Shown here: positions 23,726-32,303 of the stretch, piece after piece
Position numbering within the stretch: the first letter of the stretch is position 1
How the letters are laid out: each line of letters starts with the position of its first letter
NCBI GenBank assembly: GCA_022013385.1
Contig: JAKLQJ010000202.1
Span: 1 to 49,201, forward strand
Length of the DNA stretch: 49,201 nucleotides
From: Elusimicrobiota bacterium
Lineage (GTDB): Bacteria; Elusimicrobiota; Elusimicrobia; Elusimicrobiales; UBA9959
Direction of reading: 5' to 3'
The notes under the pieces: model-generated
What the model saw: the letters and a program-made list of their open reading frames with translations, nothing else
Told to the model about the DNA's origin: nothing
Database searches by the model: none
Program-made: the position numbers and the translations under genes

Positions 23726-25009
23726 TTATGGAAATATCCCTCTTTCCTTGTAGACTGTTTCAAGATGGCTTAAAGCTACTATATAAGCCGCCGTTCTCCA
23801 ATTGCATTTGTGTTTCTCTGCCATTTCCTGAACTCTTTTGTAGCCATTGATAATTTTTTTGCTTAATTTTTCATCTACTTGTTCAATGTCCCATGCTTCA
23901 CTTCTCTTATTTTGTAGCCATTCGAAATAGCTGACTATCACACCTCCTGAATTGCATAGGACATCGGGAATCAAATGTATTCCTTTTTCTTCAAGTATTT
24001 TATCTCCCGCCAAGTCTGTCGGTCCGTTTGCTCCTTCCGCGATAAGTTTGACATTGAGAAGATGGGCTGTTTTTTTTGTTATCTGTTTTTCCAAAGCCGC
24101 CGGAATAAATATATCCGCTCTAGTTCTCAAAAAACTGTCATGATTTAGGGGTTCTGATTTTTTAAATCCTTTTACCCCGCCGGTTTTTTTTACATATTTG
24201 GAAAGTTCATCAGGGTCAATTCCATTTGAATTGAATATTGCTCCCGTCATATCTTCGATGGCAACCAATTTAGAGCCATGGTTTTTTAATAATTTCGCGC
24301 TCCATGAGCCTACATTGCCAAATCCCTGCACCATATATGTCGCTTTTGAAAGATCAAAATTTGTTTCTTTTGCCCATTGCTCTATAAGAAACACCACGCC
24401 TTGTCCTGTGGCTTTATCTCTTCCCAAGCTTCCGCCCAAGCCAATGGGTTTGCCGGTGACTATATGGAAGCAATGCTGTCTATTATTGGGCGTAATTGTT
24501 GAAATATAAGTATCCAGTATCCAGCCCATAATCATGGCATTTGTATTTACATCGGGAGCCGGTATATCGTATTCGGGTCCTATATTGTTGCCAAGCGCGA
24601 ATGTGAATCTTCGCGATATTCTTTCAAGCTCCGTTTTGCTGTACTTGCTTGGGTCTATTTGTATCCCGCCTTTTGCTCCGCCAAAAGGTATTTGAACTAT
24701 GGCGGATTTCCATGTCATCCATGTTGCAAGCGCGCGCATTTCATCTATATCCACATCGGGATGGAAACGAAGCCCCCCTTTAAATGGTCCAAGGGCATTA
24801 TTATGTTGAACGCGATATCCTGTAAAAATCTCAAGTGAACCATTATCCATTTTCACAGGAAAGTTAACTACCAATTCATTCATTGTTGTTTCAAGTATTT
24901 TACTTATGCCCGTATCCAGTTTTATTATTTTTTTTGCAAGATTAAACTGGAGTTTTACATTCTCATAAAGACTTAATTCTTTTTCAGATTTTTTTAATGT
25001 TTTTCCCAT
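23726..25009 (-). CDS. gdhA: glutamate dehydrogenase (Glu/Leu/Phe/Val dehydrogenase family)
   Basis: Catalytic 'IPFGGAKGGIQIDP', Rossmann 'VQGFGNVGS', 'PAPDVNT'. 427 aa. GGAGG Shine-Dalgarno 6-7 nt upstream. Confidence 0.92.
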   Translation of the reverse strand: MGKTLKKSEKELSLYENVKLQFNLAKKIIKLDTGISKILETTMNELVVNFPVKMDNGSLEIFTGYRVQHNNALGPFKGGLRFHPDVDIDEMRALATWMTWKSAIVQIPFGGAKGGIQIDPSKYSKTELERISRRFTFALGNNIGPEYDIPAPDVNTNAMIMGWILDTYISTITPNNRQHCFHIVTGKPIGLGGSLGRDKATGQGVVFLIEQWAKETNFDLSKATYMVQGFGNVGSWSAKLLKNHGSKLVAIEDMTGAIFNSNGIDPDELSKYVKKTGGVKGFKKSEPLNHDSFLRTRADIFIPAALEKQITKKTAHLLNVKLIAEGANGPTDLAGDKILEEKGIHLIPDVLCNSGGVIVSYFEWLQNKRSEAWDIEQVDEKLSKKIINGYKRVQEMAEKHKCNWRTAAYIVALSHLETVYKERGIFP

Positions 25010-25036
25010 ATACTGCCTCCATGTAGTTTAGTTGCC

Positions 25037-25333
25037 TTATTCATACTCTTCACAATGCCATATGACCGATGCGGAATTTTTATAAATACAATCTTTTCTT
25101 TTTGCGCAGTTCTTACATAAACCGGTATCGGTTTTCTTGTCTTTGAAGATATTGTGATTTGTTTTTTTGCTTTCACTTTTCTTATTCAATGTTTCGGCCA
25201 ATTCAAATTCCTCGCATTGAAAAACAGTCTTATTATGTTTATTTCGCAATTTACAACTGCCGGCAAATCGGCAAGATTGACATAAGCCGCTGAATGCGGA
25301 TGGTTTTTGAGATAAAACTCTTTTTTCGTTCAT
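25037..25333 (-). CDS. 98-aa Cys-rich protein with two GLCxxCx5Cx11-12CEE[FY]E modules
   Basis: 'GLCQSCRFAGSCKLRNKHNKTVFQCEEFE' and 'GLCKNCAKRKDCIYKNSASVIWHCEEYE'. AAGGAG Shine-Dalgarno 8 nt upstream. 27-nt gap to gdhA. Sigma54 promoter upstream. Confidence 0.6.
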   Translation of the reverse strand: MNEKRVLSQKPSAFSGLCQSCRFAGSCKLRNKHNKTVFQCEEFELAETLNKKSESKKTNHNIFKDKKTDTGLCKNCAKRKDCIYKNSASVIWHCEEYE

Positions 25334-25386
25334 CTTAATTCTCCTTTGTTCCTTTGATATATTTTTTGCCCTTCATACTTTTATAT

Positions 25387-25402
25387 AGCAACATTTTTGC
25401 CA
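25387..25402 (-). promoter_or_regulatory. sigma54 (-24/-12) promoter
   Basis: Minus strand reads TGGCAA-AAATG-TTGCT, i.e. GG-N10-GC with one mismatch to TGGCAC-N5-TTGC. About 54 nt upstream of the Cys-rich ORF ATG, immediately downstream of a sigma54-dependent response regulator gene. Confidence 0.65.
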
Positions 25403-25478
25403 TTTTCTAATTTAAATCAATTTAATGTTTCTCATTGGGAAAAGTGAAATGACTAGGAAATATAAAAGAAAATAAACC

Positions 25479-25511
25479 GAGGAAAAAAAGGATAGTGAGT
25501 ATTTTTTCCTC
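25479..25511. promoter_or_regulatory. inverted repeat GAGGAAAAAA-N13-TTTTTTCCTC, about 80-110 bp upstream of the sigma54 core (candidate enhancer/UAS, or weak terminator of the regulator gene)
   Basis: gaggaaaaaa 25479-88 pairs with ttttttcctc 25502-11. The position is typical for bacterial enhancer-binding-protein sites. The stem is AT-rich. Confidence 0.35.
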
Positions 25512-25577
25512 AGTTTTCAAACAAGAAGAAAGCTTGTATTATGGAGTAATATTAAAGATGTAGGGGATATATAAATA

Positions 25578-26927
25578 TTATTTGGAATTTAAATATTTAG
25601 CTAGAGTTTTTCGGTCTATACCAAGTGTCTTTGCGGCTTTTGTTTTATTGTTTGCATGATTTTCAAGAACTTTTTGAATATGATCTTTTATTACATAACT
25701 AAGAGGAGCATTGAAATAGTCATTTTTTATTGTAGATGAATAAAATAGTTTTGGTAAATCCGAGACATTTATAATTTCGCCTTCGCTCATAATCGTTATT
25801 TGGTTTATTACATTTTGCAATTCTCTAACATTTCCAGGCCAACTGTAATTTTTAAGAATATCCAATGTTTCGTCGGAAAATTTTGCCAGAGGTTTGTTCA
25901 ATTCTTTTGAAAATTTTTCAAGAAACAAATTTAATAAAAGGAAAATATCATTTCCCCGTTCTCTAAGAGGAGGAAGTTTTATATTGACCACATTCAGTCT
26001 GTAAAATAAATCCTTGCGGAAAGAACCGCTTTCCACCGCTTTTTCAATATCTTTATTGGTTGCCGCTATGATGCGCACATTTACTTTTTGAGATTTTCTA
26101 GAGCCAATCATGAATATTTCTTTTTCCTGCAAAACCCGCAATAATTTTACTTGTATGGACAGGGGTGTTTCCGCAATTTCATCTAAAAAAATAGTTCCCC
26201 CATCCGCGGTTTGAAAAAAACCCGCTCTGGTTTCATATGCTCCTGTAAAAGATCCTTTCACATGTCCAAAGAGTTCATTTTCAAGCAATTCTTCCGGTAT
26301 GCCGGCGCAATGAATCGGTATGAAGGGATCGGAAGATCTTGAGCTTGTATAGTGTATTGCCCTGGCGGCTAATTCTTTGCCGGTTCCGCTTTCTCCGGTA
26401 ATAAATACCGTGGCTGATGATGTCGAAGCGGCTTTGCAAATTCGAGCATAAACTTTTTTCATAGGATGTGAATCTCCTATCATTCCGGTTATTATTGAAT
26501 TTGTCTGTTTTTTAGCCGCGCTTCTCCTGGTCTCAAGATTGGCCAGCACCTTTTCTATCGCCTTAAATAACTCTTGATCGGTAAAGGGCTTGGGAATGAA
26601 TTCTTCCGAGCCGGCTTTTATTGCTTTTACCGCGCCATCAATTGTGGCAAAGCCCGTTATCATTATTATGCCCAGATCATTGTAATTTCGTTTTACATGT
26701 TTGATAAGGTTAAGCCCGTCAACTTTTGGCATTTTTAAATCTGTTATAAGTAAATCGATTTTATGGTTTTCTAAAATATCAACCGCGCTTTGCGCGCTTG
26801 ACGCGGTAACAACAGTATAGTTTTTGCTTTTTAAATTTCGCTTAATAAGTTCCAGTGTGTCCAATGAATCATCTACAATCAATATATTTTTTCCATTTTT
26901 AGAAGCCATCTTTAGACTCCTTATCAT
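25578..26927 (-). CDS. sigma54-dependent response regulator (NtrC/Fis family: REC, AAA+, HTH)
   Basis: REC 'ILIVDDS...DLLITDLKMPKVDG'. AAA+ 'ITGESGTGKE', 'ENELFGHVKGSFTGA' (GAFTGA-type loop), 'LFYRLNV'. C-terminal HTH 'KTKAAKTLGIDRKTLAKYL'. Confidence 0.9.
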   Translation of the reverse strand: MIRSLKMASKNGKNILIVDDSLDTLELIKRNLKSKNYTVVTASSAQSAVDILENHKIDLLITDLKMPKVDGLNLIKHVKRNYNDLGIIMITGFATIDGAVKAIKAGSEEFIPKPFTDQELFKAIEKVLANLETRRSAAKKQTNSIITGMIGDSHPMKKVYARICKAASTSSATVFITGESGTGKELAARAIHYTSSRSSDPFIPIHCAGIPEELLENELFGHVKGSFTGAYETRAGFFQTADGGTIFLDEIAETPLSIQVKLLRVLQEKEIFMIGSRKSQKVNVRIIAATNKDIEKAVESGSFRKDLFYRLNVVNIKLPPLRERGNDIFLLLNLFLEKFSKELNKPLAKFSDETLDILKNYSWPGNVRELQNVINQITIMSEGEIINVSDLPKLFYSSTIKNDYFNAPLSYVIKDHIQKVLENHANNKTKAAKTLGIDRKTLAKYLNSK

Positions 26928-28605
26928 AATTTAGAGGAATAAAAACTTCAAAAGTTGTTCCATAATTCTCTTTGCTTTTGTAAAGAATAAAACCATTGTA
27001 AGAGCTTATTATCTCATTGCATACCAGTAAACCAAGACCTGTTCCTTCTCCGGATTTTTTTGTTGTAAAAAAAGGTTTAAAAATATTTTTCTTTACATCT
27101 TCACTCATGCCAATGCCGGTGTCTTTTATAGATAATAGGATATGTTTGTTTTTTAGACTTGTTTTAATTTCTAGTGTTCCGCCTTTTGACATTGCTTGTA
27201 TGGCATTTACAATTAAGTTTATCAAAACTTGCTTTAATTGTGTTTTATTGGCATTTATAACGGGAAGTTTAATCTGTTCCTTGACTATCAATTTTATGTT
27301 TTCTTTCTCGCATATTGCTTCAAAAATATAAAGGTTTTCTTTTATGAGAGTATTTATATCTAAGGCCTCTTTTTTATTGGCAGAGTGCGTTTTTGAAAAT
27401 AGCAATACTCGCCGAATAACTTCTCTTGCATGCATTGAGGATTTTTCAATTTTTAAGATATCATTGCGTAAAGTTTTTTTGAGAGATTTTGATTTAAGTA
27501 TAAGCTGAGAATAGCCCAAAATATTAGTAAGCGGTTCATTTAATTCATGGGCTATACTGGAGGATAATTGTCCTATGGTGGCAAGGCGATCGGCATGACG
27601 CAATTGTTCCTGCAATAAAAGACGATCTTGTTCAATATTTTTTTGTTCAATTATAAATTCAATTTGTCTCGTAATAATTTTCAGTAGGCTCATTTCTTCT
27701 TTTAAAAATGGACCTTCATCGGATTTTGGCATGAGTTTTGTGTATCCTACTTCAACTTTGCCTCTAGTTTTTTTGTTTATTATAATAAACACTTCTTGTT
27801 TTTGTTTGCATTTTTTGAAATTTTTAGCGCTGCAATAATATGAACCGTCGAAAATAATTTTAGCCGCCGCGATATCCGTGTATTGCCATGCCAATGGGAT
27901 AAATTCCACTATTTCCTGCAATATTTCGCTTAAGGATTTAGAGCTGTCACCCGCTATGGTGTTTATTTTCTGCAGGCAGGATAATTCCTTGACTCTTTCA
28001 TTCAATTCCGAATGTGTTTGCCAATTATTTATTCCAAGCCCTATTATTTGGGCTGTGTTTTCAAATATTTCAAAGTTAATTGCGCTAAAAAAATTTTTGG
28101 AAAGGCTTGCCAGCTCCAAGATAGCCGCGCATCTTTTTCCTGATAATACGGGTATAATCGCTATGGATTTAAACTTGGTGCTTAGCGGTATATCTTTTTC
28201 CACGGAACGGCTATTTTTAATGTCAAGCGCTCTTGAAGTATTATTTGTACAAAAGCTTCCGGTTTGGGTGAAATTGGAAGAATCCTGCTTGATATGAGCC
28301 CAAAATATTTTTTCCTTTAATTTTTCCAGTGAAGATAAAGATTTTTTTGCTTTATCGCTTATAGGATTATATTGAAGTATTTCAAATTTCCCGTTCATTT
28401 TCTGCGGAAATATTTTTTTGGTATTAGGCAAAGTCTCACTTGATATATAAAGTTTTATTCCGTCCAGATCAGGAAAGGTTTCAAGCAAGTTTAAAATTTT
28501 TTCCAAAAAATTATTATTTGCCGTAGCGGCATAATGAAACATCTTATGAAAGATAAGAGAAGGCTTTACTTTTGAATGTGGGAGTTGTGGAAAATTAGGA
28601 AACAT
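26899..28605 (-). CDS. cytoplasmic sensor histidine kinase with GAF-like N-terminal region(s)
   Basis: H-box 'SSIAHELNEPLTNILGYSQL', N-box 'LINLIVNAIQA', G-boxes 'IKDTGIGM' and 'GTGLGL'. No obvious TM segments. Overlaps the regulator gene by 29 nt. Confidence 0.85.
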   Translation of the reverse strand: MFPNFPQLPHSKVKPSLIFHKMFHYAATANNNFLEKILNLLETFPDLDGIKLYISSETLPNTKKIFPQKMNGKFEILQYNPISDKAKKSLSSLEKLKEKIFWAHIKQDSSNFTQTGSFCTNNTSRALDIKNSRSVEKDIPLSTKFKSIAIIPVLSGKRCAAILELASLSKNFFSAINFEIFENTAQIIGLGINNWQTHSELNERVKELSCLQKINTIAGDSSKSLSEILQEIVEFIPLAWQYTDIAAAKIIFDGSYYCSAKNFKKCKQKQEVFIIINKKTRGKVEVGYTKLMPKSDEGPFLKEEMSLLKIITRQIEFIIEQKNIEQDRLLLQEQLRHADRLATIGQLSSSIAHELNEPLTNILGYSQLILKSKSLKKTLRNDILKIEKSSMHAREVIRRVLLFSKTHSANKKEALDINTLIKENLYIFEAICEKENIKLIVKEQIKLPVINANKTQLKQVLINLIVNAIQAMSKGGTLEIKTSLKNKHILLSIKDTGIGMSEDVKKNIFKPFFTTKKSGEGTGLGLLVCNEIISSYNGFILYKSKENYGTTFEVFIPLNYDKESKDGF

Positions 28606-28662
28606 ACAAACATAATTCTACAAAAAAAATAGTGGAGTTAATAATAGCGTTTTGTTACATTT

Positions 28663-28783
28663 ATTATTATCGGTAACCTGTAACCTGAGCCCTGTAACTC
28701 TCCAACTCTGTGACCTGTAACCTGTAACCTGCTGCCTGTAGCCTAATTCCCTTGTTGCCCAATAGCCTTGTTACCTAATTGCC
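28663..28783. repeat. tandem CCTGTAAC-type octamer repeats followed by a reverse-orientation 'GGTAATTAGGCAACAAGG' module
   Basis: gtaacctgtaacctgagccctgtaactc...ctgtgacctgtaacctgtaacctgctgcctgtagcc, then gcctaattcccttgttgcccaatagccttgttacctaattgcc (28741-83). Confidence 0.75.
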
Positions 28784-28812
28784 TTTTCTTGGTTTCTGTT
28801 CTCTTTTTAACT

Positions 28813-29646
28813 CTATATCCTTTTTATATCGGTTTTCTCTACCCAGCCTTTTAGTCCTTTTTCGGGAAGGCCTATTTGGACATAGACACTGCCGGGAATA
28901 TCGGCTATTTTAACTATTCTGCCCGCCGGCAAGGACGCATAGGTTTTAAAATTTTTACCAGGGCCGCTTAAAATGGGAGTATCGGACTCAATGATTATCG
29001 CGGCATTTTCAAAACGGGAATTGGCGCGCATTGTGCCCCAAATAAAAAATACCGCAAACAGGGCGATTGAATAAATAAAAATCGGCCATAATTTAGACCT
29101 GATATCTTTTTTTAAGATCGCGACTGTCAGTAATAAGCATAAAATCCAAAAAAGAATATATGTCATCGCCTTTAATTCGCCGAGCGCGAAAAAATAGAAT
29201 ATTTTATGCAACAATATGGGCGTTCCGTCCTGAATTAATTTTTGGCCTGTTTGATTCATCGCGAATTCCAAATTATGCCGTATATCGGCATTTCTTGGAA
29301 GCAGATTAAAAGCCTTCGTGTAATAAAGAAGGGAAAGACTCAAATTGTTCATCCTGAATTGGCAATTGCCAATATTATATAGCGTATATGGATTATCGGG
29401 CTTGGCAATATTTTCGCGTTCGTAAATTGTTAAGGCTTGATCAAACTTTTCATTTTTATAAAGTTCTGTCGGAGACGGTTCAATAGCCTTAAGACTTGCC
29501 ATAGGCAAGAGCGAAAAAATAAAAAACGACAGAAATAGTTTATTATAACTGAATTTCAAAGTTTGGCAGTTAAAAAACTGTTTGTTGTCGCGCTGCTCCC
29601 GCCTTTGGCGGGACAAGTCGTATTGTCGCGCTAAGTTGTTACTCAT
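28813..29646 (-). CDS. batE: BatE-like protein (TPR repeats, TM segments, C-terminal SH3b-like domain)
   Basis: TPR-like 'YKNEKFDQALTIYE...YTLYNIGNCQFRMNNLSLSLLYYTKAFNLLP'. Hydrophobic helices. C-terminal 'GRIVKIADIPGSVYVQIGL...GWVEKTDI'. ATGA overlap with the batD stop supports the long start, but the first ~30 codons are encoded by a repeat hairpin, so the start is uncertain. Confidence 0.7.
   Translation of the reverse strand: MSNNLARQYDLSRQRREQRDNKQFFNCQTLKFSYNKLFLSFFIFSLLPMASLKAIEPSPTELYKNEKFDQALTIYERENIAKPDNPYTLYNIGNCQFRMNNLSLSLLYYTKAFNLLPRNADIRHNLEFAMNQTGQKLIQDGTPILLHKIFYFFALGELKAMTYILFWILCLLLTVAILKKDIRSKLWPIFIYSIALFAVFFIWGTMRANSRFENAAIIIESDTPILSGPGKNFKTYASLPAGRIVKIADIPGSVYVQIGLPEKGLKGWVEKTDIKRI
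29597..29613. repeat. TCCCGCC-WWW-GGCGGGA hairpin inside the annotated 5' end of batE, flanked by 10-bp direct repeats
   Basis: tcccgcctttggcggga. ttgtcgcgct occurs at 29585-94 and again at 29623-32. Confidence 0.8.
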
Positions 29647-31568
29647 TGTTTAAATTCCTTTTCAAAAAATTTTAGTATCTCTTTATATTTTAAAATAAGC
29701 GTGTCAATTTTCTCTTTGTTTATTGATGTTGGAGCGAAGCGCAACATCTCCAATTCGTCCGAAAAGGTTTTTAATTCTTCTGTAAATTTCGACTCTATAT
29801 TCGGATTTTTTTGTTTTATTTCAGTGATAACCTTTCTTATTGTGAGAGAGCCGATATTATTTCGCAGTTTTGCCGATAAATAAGCGTTTAATGAATTATG
29901 AAGCAATAAAACGGCATTTGGATATTTTTCCTCGCGCGCGAGATTGGCCGCAAGCGACATTTCTTTCAAGGATTTTTTATACGCCTTTTTACTTTTTAAC
30001 ATGTCCGGATTTTTCGTTCTTAAACCGTTTATATAAGCGAATAAAACGGAGGCTAGCAAAATTAAAAGAAAAGCAAAATTCAGCCAAAGAGCGGAAGCCA
30101 GCTTTCTAGACAGTTTAACTGATGACGGAGTCCTTTTATTTTCAAGGATATAATGGATGTCGCTTGAAATTGTTTTTATTTGGGAATATTCCCCCGTCGA
30201 ATTTTGATAATAATCGATGGCCGGCGGTATAGCGCCGTTTTTTGCGACTTTTATTTTAAGCGGTTTGGTTTCTATCTCATTATAAATTTTAGTCTTGGGA
30301 TTGAAAAAAGAAAATTTTATAGGTTTTATTTCATATTCGCCGCTTATTCTGGGCATCATTATGTTTGTGAAAACTTTTTTGCCGCCGATGATATCATTTG
30401 TTTTGTTCATTGAAAGAGATGTCACGGTGTCATATATTTTAAAGTTCGGCATTTCAGGCAGAGCGGGCATTGTAATTGTTTTGAGGTTGCCCTCTCCGCT
30501 TATCGTTAAAAGCAAATTTATGGTTTCCCCTGCTTTTACTTCTGTTTTCTCAAACATTGCCGAAATTTTATAATTTCCTACCGCGCCGTTAAAGGAATCG
30601 GGTTTTCCTTTTTCGGGCAAAGGCAAAAGTTTCACTTTAAGCCGCGGCGATTCAACTTGTTTGTTTTCTCCTTGTCTGATTCCTGAGAAGAAATGCTGAA
30701 AAAAATTAGAGTCAAAAGGATCCGCCGAAGGGCGCGAGCTTTGAATTTGAGCATTTATAATGGCCGGATTTATAATGCCGACTCCTTCATCCATTGGGAA
30801 AAGCGCGGTTTTTATTTCATTGTAATAATAAAGCCTGCCGTCTATGGCGACTTGGCCGTTTCCAATCGGAGGCAAATCTTCAGATATGAAGCCTTCAAGC
30901 TTTGGCGGCGAGTATTGTGGATTATTGATTAAAGGCAGAGCGGTATAAAATTTTAAACTTAAGTTTATTTGTTCATTAACATAAGCGCTTTTTTTATTAA
31001 CTTCCGCTGTTAGAAATATCAATTTGTCCGTTTTAGGAGCGCTGGCGCCGGTCTCATTAATCGTTTGTCTTGTTTTTGCCGCTTTGCTCCCGCCTTTTTC
31101 GCCAATACTACTTAGCGAACCCGCCGATGCCGTAGTGGAGGGGGCGGGGCTGTTTGCTGAGGTATTTGCGTTTGGTTTTATAACCTCAATATCTATTGGG
31201 GATGTAAAGCGTTGTTTATTTCCCTCAAATACCGTTATGGATGGAATTTGGGCTTTGCCTAGTGTTTTAGGCGTAAGCACATATGAGAAATTTAGCGAAT
31301 ATGAAAATTTTCCGTTAATAAAACTTATATTTTGGCTTTGTCCCGATGAATAAATATTAAAATCTTTCATTGCCGGAATTACGGGATCTTTTACGCTGTT
31401 TGAGGATTGAATTGTTATGGTTAGCCTTATTGTGTCGTTTATAGCCACCGTTTCTTTATCAACAGACGCGGATAATTTCATTTCCGCTTTTGTTAAAACC
31501 GGCAGACTAAAAAATATAGCTAAAAAAATAGTTGTAATTTTCATAATCCAACTCGCCAACTCTTTCAA
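29643..31568 (-). CDS. batD: BatD-like oxygen-tolerance protein (secreted/membrane-anchored)
   Basis: Signal peptide 'MKITTIFLAIFFSLPVLTKA'. Repeated beta-sandwich segments, a late TM helix 'LWLNFAFLLILLASVLFAYI', and its position between batC and batE. The track start (31568) is a TTG; the ATG at 31544 is more likely. Confidence 0.75.
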   Translation of the reverse strand: MKELASWIMKITTIFLAIFFSLPVLTKAEMKLSASVDKETVAINDTIRLTITIQSSNSVKDPVIPAMKDFNIYSSGQSQNISFINGKFSYSLNFSYVLTPKTLGKAQIPSITVFEGNKQRFTSPIDIEVIKPNANTSANSPAPSTTASAGSLSSIGEKGGSKAAKTRQTINETGASAPKTDKLIFLTAEVNKKSAYVNEQINLSLKFYTALPLINNPQYSPPKLEGFISEDLPPIGNGQVAIDGRLYYYNEIKTALFPMDEGVGIINPAIINAQIQSSRPSADPFDSNFFQHFFSGIRQGENKQVESPRLKVKLLPLPEKGKPDSFNGAVGNYKISAMFEKTEVKAGETINLLLTISGEGNLKTITMPALPEMPNFKIYDTVTSLSMNKTNDIIGGKKVFTNIMMPRISGEYEIKPIKFSFFNPKTKIYNEIETKPLKIKVAKNGAIPPAIDYYQNSTGEYSQIKTISSDIHYILENKRTPSSVKLSRKLASALWLNFAFLLILLASVLFAYINGLRTKNPDMLKSKKAYKKSLKEMSLAANLAREEKYPNAVLLLHNSLNAYLSAKLRNNIGSLTIRKVITEIKQKNPNIESKFTEELKTFSDELEMLRFAPTSINKEKIDTLILKYKEILKFFEKEFKQ

Positions 31569-31572
31569 GTCA

Positions 31573-31589
31573 TCCCGCCTTTGGCGGGA
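31573..31589. repeat. TCCCGCC-WWW-GGCGGGA hairpin filling the batC-batD spacer
   Basis: tcccgcctttggcggga, directly abutting the batC stop (31590). Confidence 0.8.
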
Positions 31590-32303
31590 CTACCAATCTT
31601 TCCCCTGCGGCTTATCTTCTTTATCGCTTTTTTTAAGCATTCTTAAATTCATCGTTTCAGGTTTTACGGAAGATTTTTCTTTTTCTTTAATCATCTTAAG
31701 CAACCTTTCAGCGTTTTCTTTGGACATTTCAGGTTTATCGCTTTTTTGCTTGTTTTTTTCATTTTCTTTGCTCTGTTCATTCTTCTTTTTATCTTTTTTG
31801 CCGTCCTTGTTTTTTTTATCCTTATTATCGCAGGTTTTCTTTTGTTGACGAATCTTCTTTAAAGCCAGCTGAAGATTATGTTTAAAATTTTCATCTTCAG
31901 GATTTAATAGTATCGCTTTTTTATAGCTTTTCGCGGCGTTTTCATATTTTTGGTTTTTTAAATAAGCATTGCCTGCATTATAAAAACTTTTCGCTTTTAT
32001 TTTTTTATCTTTTGCCGCTTCTTCAAAAGAAGCTGCCGCGCTTTCATAATCGTTTAAGCGATAAAAGGCATTGCCGGTATTATATTTTATCCTAGCGTCA
32101 TCAGGAGAAATTTCTTCCGCCTTTTTATAATATTCATAGGCTTTGGGATAATCCTTTTTTTTATAATTGGAGTTTCCTTTATTAGCCAAAGAATTCGCGC
32201 TCGCGCAATAAGTTGCGGGGCGCGGCGCCATAATAGAAAATAAAAATAAACTTAAAACTGTCAGGATTTTTTTAGTTTTAATTTGTGCCACAAATTTCTC
32301 CAA
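31590..32303 (-). CDS. batC: BatC-like TPR protein with a Lys-rich C-terminal tail
   Basis: Signal/anchor 'ILTVLSLFLFSIMA'. TPR units 'YPKAYEYYKKAEEISPDD', 'YESAAASFEEAAKD', 'YENAAKSYKKAILLNPED'. Tail KKDKKKNEQSKENEKNK. Confidence 0.75.
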   Translation of the reverse strand: MEKFVAQIKTKKILTVLSLFLFSIMAPRPATYCASANSLANKGNSNYKKKDYPKAYEYYKKAEEISPDDARIKYNTGNAFYRLNDYESAAASFEEAAKDKKIKAKSFYNAGNAYLKNQKYENAAKSYKKAILLNPEDENFKHNLQLALKKIRQQKKTCDNKDKKNKDGKKDKKKNEQSKENEKNKQKSDKPEMSKENAERLLKMIKEKEKSSVKPETMNLRMLKKSDKEDKPQGKDW

